Below are positions 23,839 through 32,416 of a stretch of 35,836 nucleotides of DNA, piece after piece. Position 1 is the stretch's first letter, and the number at the start of each line of letters is the position of its first letter. The stretch lies in IMG/VR virus record IMGVR_UViG_3300009703_000003, positions 1 to 35,836 of that record; one strand, written 5' to 3'. The notes under the pieces were generated by a model that did no database searches, had not been told where the DNA came from, and saw nothing but the letters and a program-made list of their open reading frames with translations. The position numbers and the translations under genes are program-made. This DNA is from a virus.

Positions 23839-23884
23839 TATTGAAAAACTCCAAAAAAAAAGATTATTATAAATTTATATATCA

Positions 23885-24103
23885 TTATTGATTCCTTGAT
23901 CTGTTAGAAGATTTAGATTGTAGTCTTAAATTACCTTTATTATTATTTCTTGGATTTCTATCTTTGTGATCTACATCTCTACCTAATATACTATTACCAT
24001 ATTTTTTTTTCATAATTCTTCTTGCACCATTTCTACCAGCTCTATCTTTTTTTTGTTTTGTTGTAGAATGATAATTTTTATATTCTGATTTATAATTTCT
24101 CAT
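23885..24103 (-). CDS. Mini HNH-motif basic protein, 72 aa
   Basis: ORF track. GRDVDHKDRNPRNNNKGNLRLQSKSSNRS resembles the HNH core D-H-x-D-G-N-x-x-N-N...N-L. Confidence 0.5.
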   Translation of the reverse strand: MRNYKSEYKNYHSTTKQKKDRAGRNGARRIMKKKYGNSILGRDVDHKDRNPRNNNKGNLRLQSKSSNRSRNQ

Positions 24104-24104
24104 A

Positions 24105-24566
24105 TTATCCCATCATTGTTAATAAACTTGAACTAGCAGAACTAGCAATTTGTAATTGTTGCATCCTTGCGTTCATTCTAGCCATTTGTCCATTTATTCT
24201 AGCAAAATTTGCTTCTTCTAATTTTTGAGATTGAGCTATCTCAGTATTATATTTCATCATTTGTACTTGTTTTTCTTTTTCATATAAATTTGAAAGTTTA
24301 ATATTTGCTGCTGTACCACTATCCATATCAACACCAGATTTAGCAAGAGCAACATTTGTAGTTCCTTCAAGTTTTTCAAATGCTTTATAAAATCTTGATA
24401 AATCAAGTTTTAATTTATCGTCTAATATTTTAGCTTCGTTTTCTTTAATAACAGCATTTCTATTGGAAACATCCTCATTAAATTTACCAATAGTATCAGC
24501 TTGTGCCATACCAAGCACAGCAGTGCTTCCAACTATATAAGGTGCTGCTGCTGCAAATGGTGCCAT
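24105..24566 (-). CDS. Internal virion protein (gp14 position), 153 aa
   Basis: ORF track. Hydrophobic N-terminus followed by a coiled-coil. Called from position downstream of the nozzle gene (the GNAT-like gene lies between them). Confidence 0.55.
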   Translation of the reverse strand: MAPFAAAAPYIVGSTAVLGMAQADTIGKFNEDVSNRNAVIKENEAKILDDKLKLDLSRFYKAFEKLEGTTNVALAKSGVDMDSGTAANIKLSNLYEKEKQVQMMKYNTEIAQSQKLEEANFARINGQMARMNARMQQLQIASSASSSLLTMMG

Positions 24567-25030
24567 TAAAATATCCTCGCATATCTGTATTGATCTGTAC
24601 CATCAAAACCAAATTTTTTCATTAAACCCTCATTTTCTAAACCTAACCATTCTGCAAATCTTTGACCTTGTTTAAAATCTTTTCTGATTGAGGTTTGTAC
24701 TCTTTCTATATTGTGTTGTCTTGCAACTCTAGCAAAATCTTTTTTAATTGCACGAGATACACTTAATGGATAATTCCACATATCTTCTGTTGCAATAACC
24801 CAACCTTCTGCAACTCTACCCCAAATCATTTTCATTCCAGCAGCAAAAATAGGTTTTGATCTAACCATACCTGTAAAAGCTAAATGATCTTGTTCTAAAT
24901 TTTTAGCATTACCTTCTAAATTAATAAATTGTTTATCTGCTTCTAATATTTTATGATTCATTTGACAGGATAATATAAACTGTCCATGTTCCTTTGTATA
25001 AGGTATTATGTGTAAATGTTTATCCATCAT
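24566..25030 (-). CDS. GNAT-fold-like (DUF2833-type) protein inside the virion module, 154 aa
   Basis: ORF track. The C-terminus RKDFKQGQRFAEWLGLENEG....G.D.YRYARIF resembles the GNAT N..A..FYE.LGF..EG motif. Confidence 0.45.
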   Translation of the reverse strand: MMDKHLHIIPYTKEHGQFILSCQMNHKILEADKQFINLEGNAKNLEQDHLAFTGMVRSKPIFAAGMKMIWGRVAEGWVIATEDMWNYPLSVSRAIKKDFARVARQHNIERVQTSIRKDFKQGQRFAEWLGLENEGLMKKFGFDGTDQYRYARIF

Positions 25031-27251
25031 TTGTTATTAACCTTGGGTATAATGATAAAACTGTTAAAGGTAAAGGTTGAGTTTGCCTTACAATCATAAA
25101 TCCATCTGTATCATAATCTCCTCTAAACTCTACTTCTTTATCACCTGTGAATGGTGGAATACCTTGATCCATAGGATCGCTAGATTTTCTAAAAGGTACT
25201 CTTTCCATTTTGTTTAAGTCTGGTCCTATTTCAACACCAACACTTTCATATAATCTTGCAGTAACTTCGTATATTCTTTTTGTTTTAGCTTGTGATGTAC
25301 CATTTTGTGATCCAGCATCTATTCTCATAGTTTTTAATAATGAAGTATAACCCAATCCAATCTTAACACTATTTGCAAATCTATCTAAACTAACAGCATT
25401 TGATGCTACAGTTTTATTGGGATGCGTTGATCCATCAGCTAATATATTAACTTCTTGACCTTCTAAATGATTTAATCCAGATAAAGAATTAACAACTTGC
25501 TTAACAGCATCTCCAGATGTGTGAGCTACTGCAGTAGTGCTTTCAGTTCCTCTAGTACAGCCAGTTAAATCATTTGTAGATTTTCCTGTATAAGTAATTA
25601 TTTCTCCACCAATTTTTATTTTTCCAGATGATGTAAAGTCTGTTCCAGATGCTACAGTAACTGTAGTTGCTGAATTAGAAATGTCGCCATTTAATGTTGA
25701 TGTTGCACCACTATAATTTAATTGTGAATCTAAAAAATTAAATGATGTATTGTCAGTTTGATCAAAATCAAATCTATTCAAATATTCTACATACCTTTTT
25801 GTTGCACCATTAATTGTTCTTTTTATAATCATGTATAATTCATATTCACTATCTTCAGTTGGAATAACAGCAACAGATTCACATACTGCTTTACTACTAC
25901 CAAAAGCTCCGCCAAAAACGTGCCTATGCCAAGCAACAACTTCTTGTTCTCTTTGATATGTTAGTGCAACTAATTCACCATCATTTCTAACGCACCAAAT
26001 AATTGCTAGTGGCTCTTCTTGATATGCCATTTCGGTAACTCCACCTTCAGTAACGTGTTCGGCAAGAATGGTAAGATCGGGAGCTGTATAACCATCTACA
26101 TCAAAATTATAAGCTAGTTCTCTAATCTTTCTTTTAGCTCTTTGTAAAAATAATGTTGCGTTAGCAACTGCGATTGCATCTGTGTTTGCAGCACCATGGT
26201 TAGATTGTTTTTTAATTAAAATGTTTGTTGGTGTTACAGCATCATTATCTCCACCACCACTTACTGTAAATTCACCACCTGCTGTACCTATAATTAAAGT
26301 TCTACCGGCAGCCATAAATCTAATTGCATTTACTTGGTTAGATGCGATTGTGTAAATAATAGCATCATCATCTGCTACAGTACCACCAATGTTAGCATCC
26401 ATATTTTCATAATCACCAGACCTAGAAAAATAAACTGTTTGTGGATTATTAGTAGTTGCGGCAAAAACTAATCTTTGTTCAAAGAATGATACGCAAGAAG
26501 GATGACCTGTAGTATCTGAAAATGCTCCAAGATACCAATTAGTAATAGGATTAGCATTTGCAAAAGCTGTAGTTATATTTGCTGTTACAATCGTTGTACT
26601 TGTTATAGCTGTAATAGTTCCGTAGCCACTATTAAAATGTATTTGTCTACCAACATCAGTTGCTAAAAATCCAGAACCACTATTAATTCCTGTAACTGCA
26701 GATGCCGTAATAGTTCTTGATCCTGTTCCAGCAGCAGAAGGTGTTAAAGTTGTTGTGCTAATATTAGCATCTAAGAATGGTCCATTAGTAAAATCCACTT
26801 CTGTTAATGTCCAAGAAGTATGTCCTGTACGAGATAACTTTCTAGTTTTATGACTAGGATGTGTGATGTACATAACGTCAGCACTTTGTGCAAATTTAAT
26901 ATCAAAAAGTTCTGCAGTTAAATAAGGTGAAGATATTTCATAAGGAGAACCACTAGATAATATTTGACCATTATCTCTATAAAATCTTATGTACTGATTG
27001 CCTAATTCTAAAATATAAGTTTGTGTAGTTGAAAATTCAAAAGGTATTAATCTTGTTTTAGTAGAACTTGTTTTTACTTCTGCAACATATTGTGTACCCG
27101 GTCTACGAGCTGCTGCACCATGAGGATAGATAACCATATTTTCTACAGTTGCACATCCAGCAGAATATTTTGCTAAATCATTTCTACCATCTAATCTTGG
27201 TGATAATTCACCTGCTGTAAAGTTTGAAATTTGTGCAGCTACTCTAGCCAT
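25020..27251 (-). CDS. Tail tubular protein B / nozzle, 743 aa
   Basis: ORF track. The N-terminus FTAGELSPRLDGRNDLAKYSAGC..VENMVIYPHGAAARRPGTQYV is the pattern recalled for podovirus nozzle proteins. Size and position agree. Confidence 0.75.
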   Translation of the reverse strand: MARVAAQISNFTAGELSPRLDGRNDLAKYSAGCATVENMVIYPHGAAARRPGTQYVAEVKTSSTKTRLIPFEFSTTQTYILELGNQYIRFYRDNGQILSSGSPYEISSPYLTAELFDIKFAQSADVMYITHPSHKTRKLSRTGHTSWTLTEVDFTNGPFLDANISTTTLTPSAAGTGSRTITASAVTGINSGSGFLATDVGRQIHFNSGYGTITAITSTTIVTANITTAFANANPITNWYLGAFSDTTGHPSCVSFFEQRLVFAATTNNPQTVYFSRSGDYENMDANIGGTVADDDAIIYTIASNQVNAIRFMAAGRTLIIGTAGGEFTVSGGGDNDAVTPTNILIKKQSNHGAANTDAIAVANATLFLQRAKRKIRELAYNFDVDGYTAPDLTILAEHVTEGGVTEMAYQEEPLAIIWCVRNDGELVALTYQREQEVVAWHRHVFGGAFGSSKAVCESVAVIPTEDSEYELYMIIKRTINGATKRYVEYLNRFDFDQTDNTSFNFLDSQLNYSGATSTLNGDISNSATTVTVASGTDFTSSGKIKIGGEIITYTGKSTNDLTGCTRGTESTTAVAHTSGDAVKQVVNSLSGLNHLEGQEVNILADGSTHPNKTVASNAVSLDRFANSVKIGLGYTSLLKTMRIDAGSQNGTSQAKTKRIYEVTARLYESVGVEIGPDLNKMERVPFRKSSDPMDQGIPPFTGDKEVEFRGDYDTDGFMIVRQTQPLPLTVLSLYPRLITNDG

Positions 27252-27254
27252 TTA

Positions 27255-27836
27255 TTAAAACCTTGAGTTTAAGAATGTACTTGCGTCTATTGCATCTGCC
27301 ATACCATCTTCTTGAGAAACATTTTGACCTTCAGTTGAATCTACAAATCTAGCATCTTTTAATTTTTCTTGATAAGTAATTAACATATTTTGTGATGTAG
27401 TATTATTAGATGTTATTGCATAAGCAATGTCTGAACCAAGTGCAGCAGATAAAGTTTCTCTAAGTAGCTCATCATATTGATTAGGATCTTCTATTCTTGA
27501 TATATATAATATTTTCATAGTAGTATTATTTGATAATACCGATCTACCTTCTACTTTGTAATTAGAATCAAAGTCTAGTATTTTTAAAAGTCTTAAACAA
27601 TCTCCGGGTAAATCATATTTAAACTTAAAACCCCATGCAGGAGTTGTAGTTGATTGTGCTAGTTCAACTCTTCTTTGTAAACAGTTCCAAGGATGTGATC
27701 TAAACACCGCATCTCTTACTTGAGTATATCTTGAATTACAAAGTCTAGCATTTTTTGAATCTTCTGTAAGTGAAAGTATTGTTGTTGCACCTAATTGATT
27801 TAATGCTCCATTACAAATATCTACTGTTGATGCCAT
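27255..27836 (-). CDS. Head-tail adaptor / tail tubular protein A-like, 193 aa
   Basis: ORF track. The ICNGALNQLGATTI.SL.EDS..A.LC...Y..VRD...RSHPWN pattern is typical of this family. It lies upstream of the nozzle gene. Confidence 0.7.
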   Translation of the reverse strand: MASTVDICNGALNQLGATTILSLTEDSKNARLCNSRYTQVRDAVFRSHPWNCLQRRVELAQSTTTPAWGFKFKYDLPGDCLRLLKILDFDSNYKVEGRSVLSNNTTMKILYISRIEDPNQYDELLRETLSAALGSDIAYAITSNNTTSQNMLITYQEKLKDARFVDSTEGQNVSQEDGMADAIDASTFLNSRF

Positions 27837-27837
27837 A

Positions 27838-28038
27838 CTACTTCCTTATAATATACTTGCGTCTTATTTGTCTATCTTTTTCTAACGCAAATATTTCTTC
27901 TTCTGTTCTTTCTTCTTTAGTATCAAAGCCATAATGATATTTAGAATCATTTTTAAACCTATCTACTAGCACATACCTATATACATAATTATCTTTTTTA
28001 AAATGTAATACAGGTTTTAAATCTTGTATTTTCTTCAT
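27838..28038 (-). CDS. Hypothetical small protein, 66 aa
   Basis: ORF track. Tightly packed with a 1-nt gap to the next gene. Confidence 0.5.
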   Translation of the reverse strand: MKKIQDLKPVLHFKKDNYVYRYVLVDRFKNDSKYHYGFDTKEERTEEEIFALEKDRQIRRKYIIRK

Positions 28039-28044
28039 ACACTC

Positions 28045-28076
28045 TAGGCGGGTTCCACTCTCGCTTTCCCCGCCTA
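28045..28076 (-). promoter_or_regulatory. GC-rich stem-loop TAGGCGGG-N16-CCCGCCTA immediately downstream of the capsid genes
   Basis: Perfect 8-bp G/C-rich inverted repeat (28045-28052 and 28069-28076) in an AT-rich genome. No U-tract follows on the coding (minus) strand. Confidence 0.5.
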
Positions 28077-28089
28077 AAATTTTATCTTA

Positions 28090-28275
28090 TTAATCTACAA
28101 CGTACATCATAGTTAATTGAATAGTACCAGTACCTGCAGCTCCACCCATAGTTACTGACACAGGAAGTCCATCCTTGTTAGCATCTACGACAGAGTTTTC
28201 ACCTAATGCAATAGTGTTAGCAGCATTTACCAGTTGCAGAAGTAGAAGCAGCAGCCGCTTTATAAGCAGCAGCAC
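28090..28275 (-). other. Open frame continuing the capsid accessory gene after a +1 shift. The meaningful part is NAANTIALGENSVVDANKDGLPVSVTMGGAAGTGTIQLTMMYVVD.
   Basis: ORF track. This frame is open only from about 28280. The Leu-rich N-terminus is the +1 reading of Ala codons. The downstream 45 codons have a beta-rich, virion-protein-like composition. Confidence 0.5.
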
Positions 28276-28552
28276 TTAAACTTACAGCAGTACCCGCAGC
28301 ATTTGTGTGTGCAGCATAACCTACTGATAAAGTAGTTGAACTACCTAATGCGTCATGTGCCAATCTACCAGAGATGATTCTCGCACCATTTGGTAAATTA
28401 AACATTTGAATCACATCACCAGATGCTAGAGAAGCTGCTTCATATTCCGCATGAGCAACTCTTACTCTACCAGCTAGTTCAGTAGTATCTATCTTTTGTG
28501 AAGGAACATTCTGATCCCATTTAGTCTTTTGTATCGAATAAACTGTAGCCAT
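28217..28552 (-). CDS. Capsid accessory (decoration/cement-like) protein, 111 aa as written, apparently frameshifted near its end
   Basis: ORF track. It lies immediately downstream of the major capsid gene, as the cement and staple genes do in BPP-1/epsilon15-type phages. It ends ...ATGKCC* two codons after an AAA. Confidence 0.65.
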   Translation of the reverse strand: MATVYSIQKTKWDQNVPSQKIDTTELAGRVRVAHAEYEAASLASGDVIQMFNLPNGARIISGRLAHDALGSSTTLSVGYAAHTNAAGTAVSLSAAAYKAAAASTSATGKCC

Positions 28553-28564
28553 ATTTTCCTCCTA

Positions 28565-29428
28565 TTATGCTTCTGTACAAGTTATACCAATAACTTTCGC
28601 TTGTTCCATTCTAGTAGCACCAATGCTCATGCAGTAGTAAACTTGAGTAGCATACGATTTGTCTGCTCTTTCATCTATTCTTGCATTTACATCTTTACCA
28701 ACACCTAGAGTGATTCCGTCTTGTGCGAAAGCTATGCAAGTTCTGTCATTGCCAGATTTTGCAAGTCTATTGGAAACTGTAAATTTGAAGCCTAAGAACG
28801 TATCAATTTCACCCTGTACTAATGCTTTTACAGTATTGAAATCCGAACTCGTAACTTCGGTTACATTTAAAAGATTATTGATCTGCTCCGGAGACACGAT
28901 AATGTGTCTAGCGATTGAAGGATCAACATCAGCTAGATCAAACTTCTCTTTAGCTTTCGCTAATTTAGGAATGTTCAAGCCTGTAGTTGAGCCAACACTA
29001 GCAGCGATAGCTGTTTGTGCAGATTCAGTGCCAGTACCAGTTTCGCCTGTGTAGGCAGTACCAGTAGCAGCAGCAATAATCACATCATCCATTGCTCTCC
29101 CCATTGCGTAAGCAGCGGCTTGTGCGTAAGATGAAGTTGGGTCTATTAAGAGCCTAACCTTGTCTTGTTGATCAATTAGATCAGCAAACTCGTAATCTGC
29201 AAGAGATACTCTTCTTCTTGAGTGAGGAGTGTCTATTTGCGGAGTGTCCGAGTGTCTGCTAGTTTTTAACTGAGCAGTTACTGAACCTACTTGGTCAAAG
29301 AAAGCATTTTTTCCGACAACACTTTCCTGTCTAACTTTGTCTCTTAATAATGATCCCATTTGTTGAGATAGCATTTGTACGTTAGCAGAATACTGCTGTA
29401 CAAAAGCTGTTGTTATTTGTGATGACAT
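28565..29428 (-). CDS. Major capsid protein, 287 aa
   Basis: ORF track. Called from its position after the scaffold gene. The pattern F..QYS..V..L.QQ.GS.LR..V......G....FDQ.G......RH.DTP....PH.RR.V....YE.ADLID..D is recalled from BPP-1/epsilon15-type capsid proteins. Confidence 0.8.
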   Translation of the reverse strand: MSSQITTAFVQQYSANVQMLSQQMGSLLRDKVRQESVVGKNAFFDQVGSVTAQLKTSRHSDTPQIDTPHSRRRVSLADYEFADLIDQQDKVRLLIDPTSSYAQAAAYAMGRAMDDVIIAAATGTAYTGETGTGTESAQTAIAASVGSTTGLNIPKLAKAKEKFDLADVDPSIARHIIVSPEQINNLLNVTEVTSSDFNTVKALVQGEIDTFLGFKFTVSNRLAKSGNDRTCIAFAQDGITLGVGKDVNARIDERADKSYATQVYYCMSIGATRMEQAKVIGITCTEA

Positions 29429-29532
29429 AATTGTCTCTCCATTATTATTGTTAAGTTATAATTAATCAGAAAGGTTATCCACTCAATAATGAGTAGGCAA
29501 TTCTTGGATTTAAACTCTTTTAGAGTAGAAGT

Positions 29533-29703
29533 CTATTCCTTCTTGCCAGTAAGGTTCTTACGAATTTTCTTACCTATTATCCAATTATAATATTTTTCTG
29601 CGATTGGCAAGGGATCATTTTTCTGAACTTCAGATCCTGTCTCTTTAACCAATCGCAATATTTCTAATCGAATTTCTTGATCATTAAGATTATTTATCTG
29701 CAT
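29533..29703 (-). CDS. Unlisted small ORF, 56 aa, between the scaffold and capsid genes
   Basis: Hand translation gives MQINNLNDQEIRLEILRLVKETGSEVQKNDPLPIAEKYYNWIIGKKIRKNLTGKKE*. The start overlaps the scaffold 3' end by 14 nt. Confidence 0.45.
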   Translation of the reverse strand: MQINNLNDQEIRLEILRLVKETGSEVQKNDPLPIAEKYYNWIIGKKIRKNLTGKKE

Positions 29704-30553
29704 TTAACATTTCTCTTAACGTATAAACTTGTTGTACCATTTTATCGTGATCCGGATGTTGTTTATTCCAATAAGGTCCATTAGTATCATTAGTAATAGC
29801 TGATATTTCTGATTCAATATCTGCAACTGAATTTACATTTTCACTTTCAGTTGAAACTATTTTATCCTCTGACATCATACCTGCTATTTTTGCAAATCCT
29901 TTAATAACTTCTGGATGATCACCAAGTCTTATGCCATTTGATAAAGTCATATCTAATACTTCTGGATTAATATTTGCTTTTGCTATCGCACCAGCTTGTT
30001 GTACTTTAGCATCAAAATCTCTACCCCATTCTGATCTTAACTCTTGTTCAGATTGAGCTTGTGCAGTTTCAGTATCTATTTTTGATTGTTGTGCAGAGCC
30101 TTCCATATTATTTTTATAAAAGTCTAAAATACCTTCTGCTTGTTTATTGTTTAAACCAAGTTTGTGAGATTGTTCGGCAAAAGATTTAATTGCATTTTCA
30201 TCCATGTTTACCACATCAGATTCAACTTTTAAATTATATTTATCTGGTGATTCTGGTCTACCTAGTTTTTCGTATGCTTCATCCCACGTTTCTTGTGTAG
30301 AATTTTTTGTAGGTATTACAATTTTATCTTGACCAATCATTCTAGTTGCGTTGATGTAACTTTTTGCTAACGCATCAATCTCTGTAAATTTTTCTATACT
30401 AGGATCTTTTCTAAATTCTTCACTAATAGAATCTTTCCAAGATGATGATTGTTCAGCAGGAGCTGTTGGTGCTGTTGCTGGTGTTTGTTCTACTGTCTCT
30501 GTAGTCGCTTGATCTACAGGCACAGTTTCCTGTGTTATCTGTTCATTTGACAT
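29690..30553 (-). CDS. Scaffolding protein, 287 aa
   Basis: ORF track. Acidic, helical and rich in Gln and Glu. It lies between the portal-associated gene and the capsid gene. Confidence 0.7.
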   Translation of the reverse strand: MSNEQITQETVPVDQATTETVEQTPATAPTAPAEQSSSWKDSISEEFRKDPSIEKFTEIDALAKSYINATRMIGQDKIVIPTKNSTQETWDEAYEKLGRPESPDKYNLKVESDVVNMDENAIKSFAEQSHKLGLNNKQAEGILDFYKNNMEGSAQQSKIDTETAQAQSEQELRSEWGRDFDAKVQQAGAIAKANINPEVLDMTLSNGIRLGDHPEVIKGFAKIAGMMSEDKIVSTESENVNSVADIESEISAITNDTNGPYWNKQHPDHDKMVQQVYTLREMLNADK

Positions 30554-30555
30554 TT

Positions 30556-30780
30556 TTATTTATCCTTTGTTTGCAGCATTGATTTAATAAATAGAATGAC
30601 ACTGCGTTGTCCTTCCATGTATGCACTTTCATGGCTATCACCTTTTACATTAGTGGTAGAATGATAATGACATCTTTTTTCAAGATCAGCTAAGACTTTC
30701 TTGCCTTCCTCTGTATTGAATATGAATTTATAATTTTCTTGTAGTTCTTTTAAAAATTTTTCTAGTTGTTTTGTTTCCAT
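30556..30780 (-). CDS. Bbp19-like small protein, 74 aa (the ORF is open from 30804)
   Basis: ORF track 30556-30804. ATG 30780 follows the portal stop by 1 nt. The F.T.EGKKVL.DL........T......S.ES.Y.EGQRSV.LFI pattern resembles the Bbp19 family (from memory). Confidence 0.6.
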   Translation of the reverse strand: METKQLEKFLKELQENYKFIFNTEEGKKVLADLEKRCHYHSTTNVKGDSHESAYMEGQRSVILFIKSMLQTKDK

Positions 30781-30781
30781 A

Positions 30782-32416
30782 TTATTCCACTTCTTGTTCT
30801 GCATTTACTAGAGCTTTTGCTTCGTCTGGCAATGCTTTCGCTAGTGGTGCTATATCTCCTCCGGCTTGAGCAACTTGTTGCATCTGAGCCATTTGTTGTT
30901 GTTCTGCAGCTTGTGCTGCTTGTGCTTGTCTTTCTGCATTAACTTGTGATTGTAGCTTTAATACTTTTTGTGGAATACCCACAAGATCAGCAACGTGTTT
31001 AACAAGTGAATCAAAATTTATATAATCAAATACTGGAGCAACATTAGCAAGTGATCCTAATATTTCTATACCTCTAGTAATTGATGAAAGCTCTGAAGAT
31101 TTTTGTGCTTTAGCAAGAGGAGAAACATATTCTATTTCTATGTCTTGACCAGATAAAAATTCTGGTGCAGGAGCAAATTGTTCTCTTCTAAATAAAATAT
31201 TAAAACATCTATCAATTAATGGTTTTAATAATTCTGATTGTAGTCTACCTAATACTGGTCCAAGTAATCTCATCTTTTCTTCATTTCTTTGTATAACTTC
31301 TGTTGCTGTCATTTGCGGACCTTGTTGCAACATTAATTGATCTACATAAAAAACATTTCTAATAGCAGTTCTTCTTTGCTCTTCCATATTTAAACCTAGT
31401 GGATTGTTTGCACCAATGTTTAATGGTTCAATTCTATCTCTTGTACCACTTCTATAAAAATTTAATCCACCCGGTACAGTTCTTACAGGAAGTAAGAAGC
31501 CATCATCCGGAACTAATAGTGGTGGGTCTACTTGTTTCTGTGCAGCTTTGATTGTAGTTTTTGACATTTCGTTTAGCATCTTTACGTCTGGCAAAGCTGT
31601 CATAGCTGGTGATCTTCCATATATTTCATGTGATGCTTTTAAGTATCTCGGTACTACGAAAGGAAACTCTTGGAAACCAGATACAGATAATTCATTACCA
31701 TTTTTCATTTCAATATAAACAGATTCAAATGGCATATTGTCTGCATCTTTTAATTTAGGATTGTAATCTGATCTTGGATATACTGCGTGTAATATTTCTA
31801 TTTCATTGTACGGATCTTTTTTTGCTTGTGATTGAATATCAGTTGATACTGCAGAACCAAATTGTTGAATTGCAGCTCTTACTGATAACTTAAATTTTCT
31901 GTAAACAGTATCTATTCTACCCTTGTCATCTTCTGCAATAAATATTTCGTTAATGTGTCTTGTAGAAAATTTTAATATATCTTGGTTATCTTCTTGGATG
32001 TGCATTGCCGCAGTACCAAAAGTAATTAGATCGTGATATAATTCAAATATTTCTTGTTGAAAATTTGATCTGTTAAATGCTGTGTACATAACTTCAGTTG
32101 CGTTTTCTAACCAAAGTTTAGCTTCATCTTCCATGTCTAATGATGAATCTTTAAATCTTAATGAGAACCAAGGTGTAGAAGGATTTGTAAGCATACCATG
32201 TAGTGATGCTGCTAATAATTCTACTGCTTGTATTGGAGATGAATCAAAAATTAATTCTGTACGTTTATCACCTCTTGATCTTTGTTTGGTAACATCAGCT
32301 TTTCTTGGCTGCATATAATCTGCAACATCCTGCCAATGTGTTTCCCAGTTTTGTCTTTGTGTTTTTAATCTATCAAATCTTGCGATTAAAGATTTAGTTA
32401 AATCTGTTTTTGCCAT
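30782..32416 (-). CDS. Portal (head-tail connector) protein, 544 aa
   Basis: ORF track. The N-terminus RFDRLKTQRQNWETHWQDVADYMQPRK is typical of the podovirus head-to-tail connector family. Size and position agree. Confidence 0.9.
   Translation of the reverse strand: MAKTDLTKSLIARFDRLKTQRQNWETHWQDVADYMQPRKADVTKQRSRGDKRTELIFDSSPIQAVELLAASLHGMLTNPSTPWFSLRFKDSSLDMEDEAKLWLENATEVMYTAFNRSNFQQEIFELYHDLITFGTAAMHIQEDNQDILKFSTRHINEIFIAEDDKGRIDTVYRKFKLSVRAAIQQFGSAVSTDIQSQAKKDPYNEIEILHAVYPRSDYNPKLKDADNMPFESVYIEMKNGNELSVSGFQEFPFVVPRYLKASHEIYGRSPAMTALPDVKMLNEMSKTTIKAAQKQVDPPLLVPDDGFLLPVRTVPGGLNFYRSGTRDRIEPLNIGANNPLGLNMEEQRRTAIRNVFYVDQLMLQQGPQMTATEVIQRNEEKMRLLGPVLGRLQSELLKPLIDRCFNILFRREQFAPAPEFLSGQDIEIEYVSPLAKAQKSSELSSITRGIEILGSLANVAPVFDYINFDSLVKHVADLVGIPQKVLKLQSQVNAERQAQAAQAAEQQQMAQMQQVAQAGGDIAPLAKALPDEAKALVNAEQEVE

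Noticed and set aside
28090-28275. The 61-aa ORF as an independent secreted peptide, because MLLLIKRLLLLLLQLVNA looks like a signal peptide
   Set aside because: The Leu run is the +1 reading of the GCU-rich Ala tract of the upstream gene. There is no SD. The downstream part reads as a continuation of the capsid accessory protein.
28659-29054. 131-aa plus-strand ORF inside the major capsid gene, with similar cases at 32082-32318, 33051-33353, 15491-16119, 16396-16596 and 13714-13896
   Set aside because: These are antisense to confidently called structural genes, have no ribosome-binding motif, and their composition mirrors the opposite-strand codons.
29475-29483. DnaA-box-like TTATCCACT (8 of 9 match to TTATCCACA) upstream of the capsid gene, tempting given the DnaA-domain protein; TTATCCAAT occurs at about 29578
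   Set aside because: Single-mismatch matches to an AT-rich 9-mer are expected several times by chance in 36 kb on both strands. A proper matrix scan against a background model is needed.
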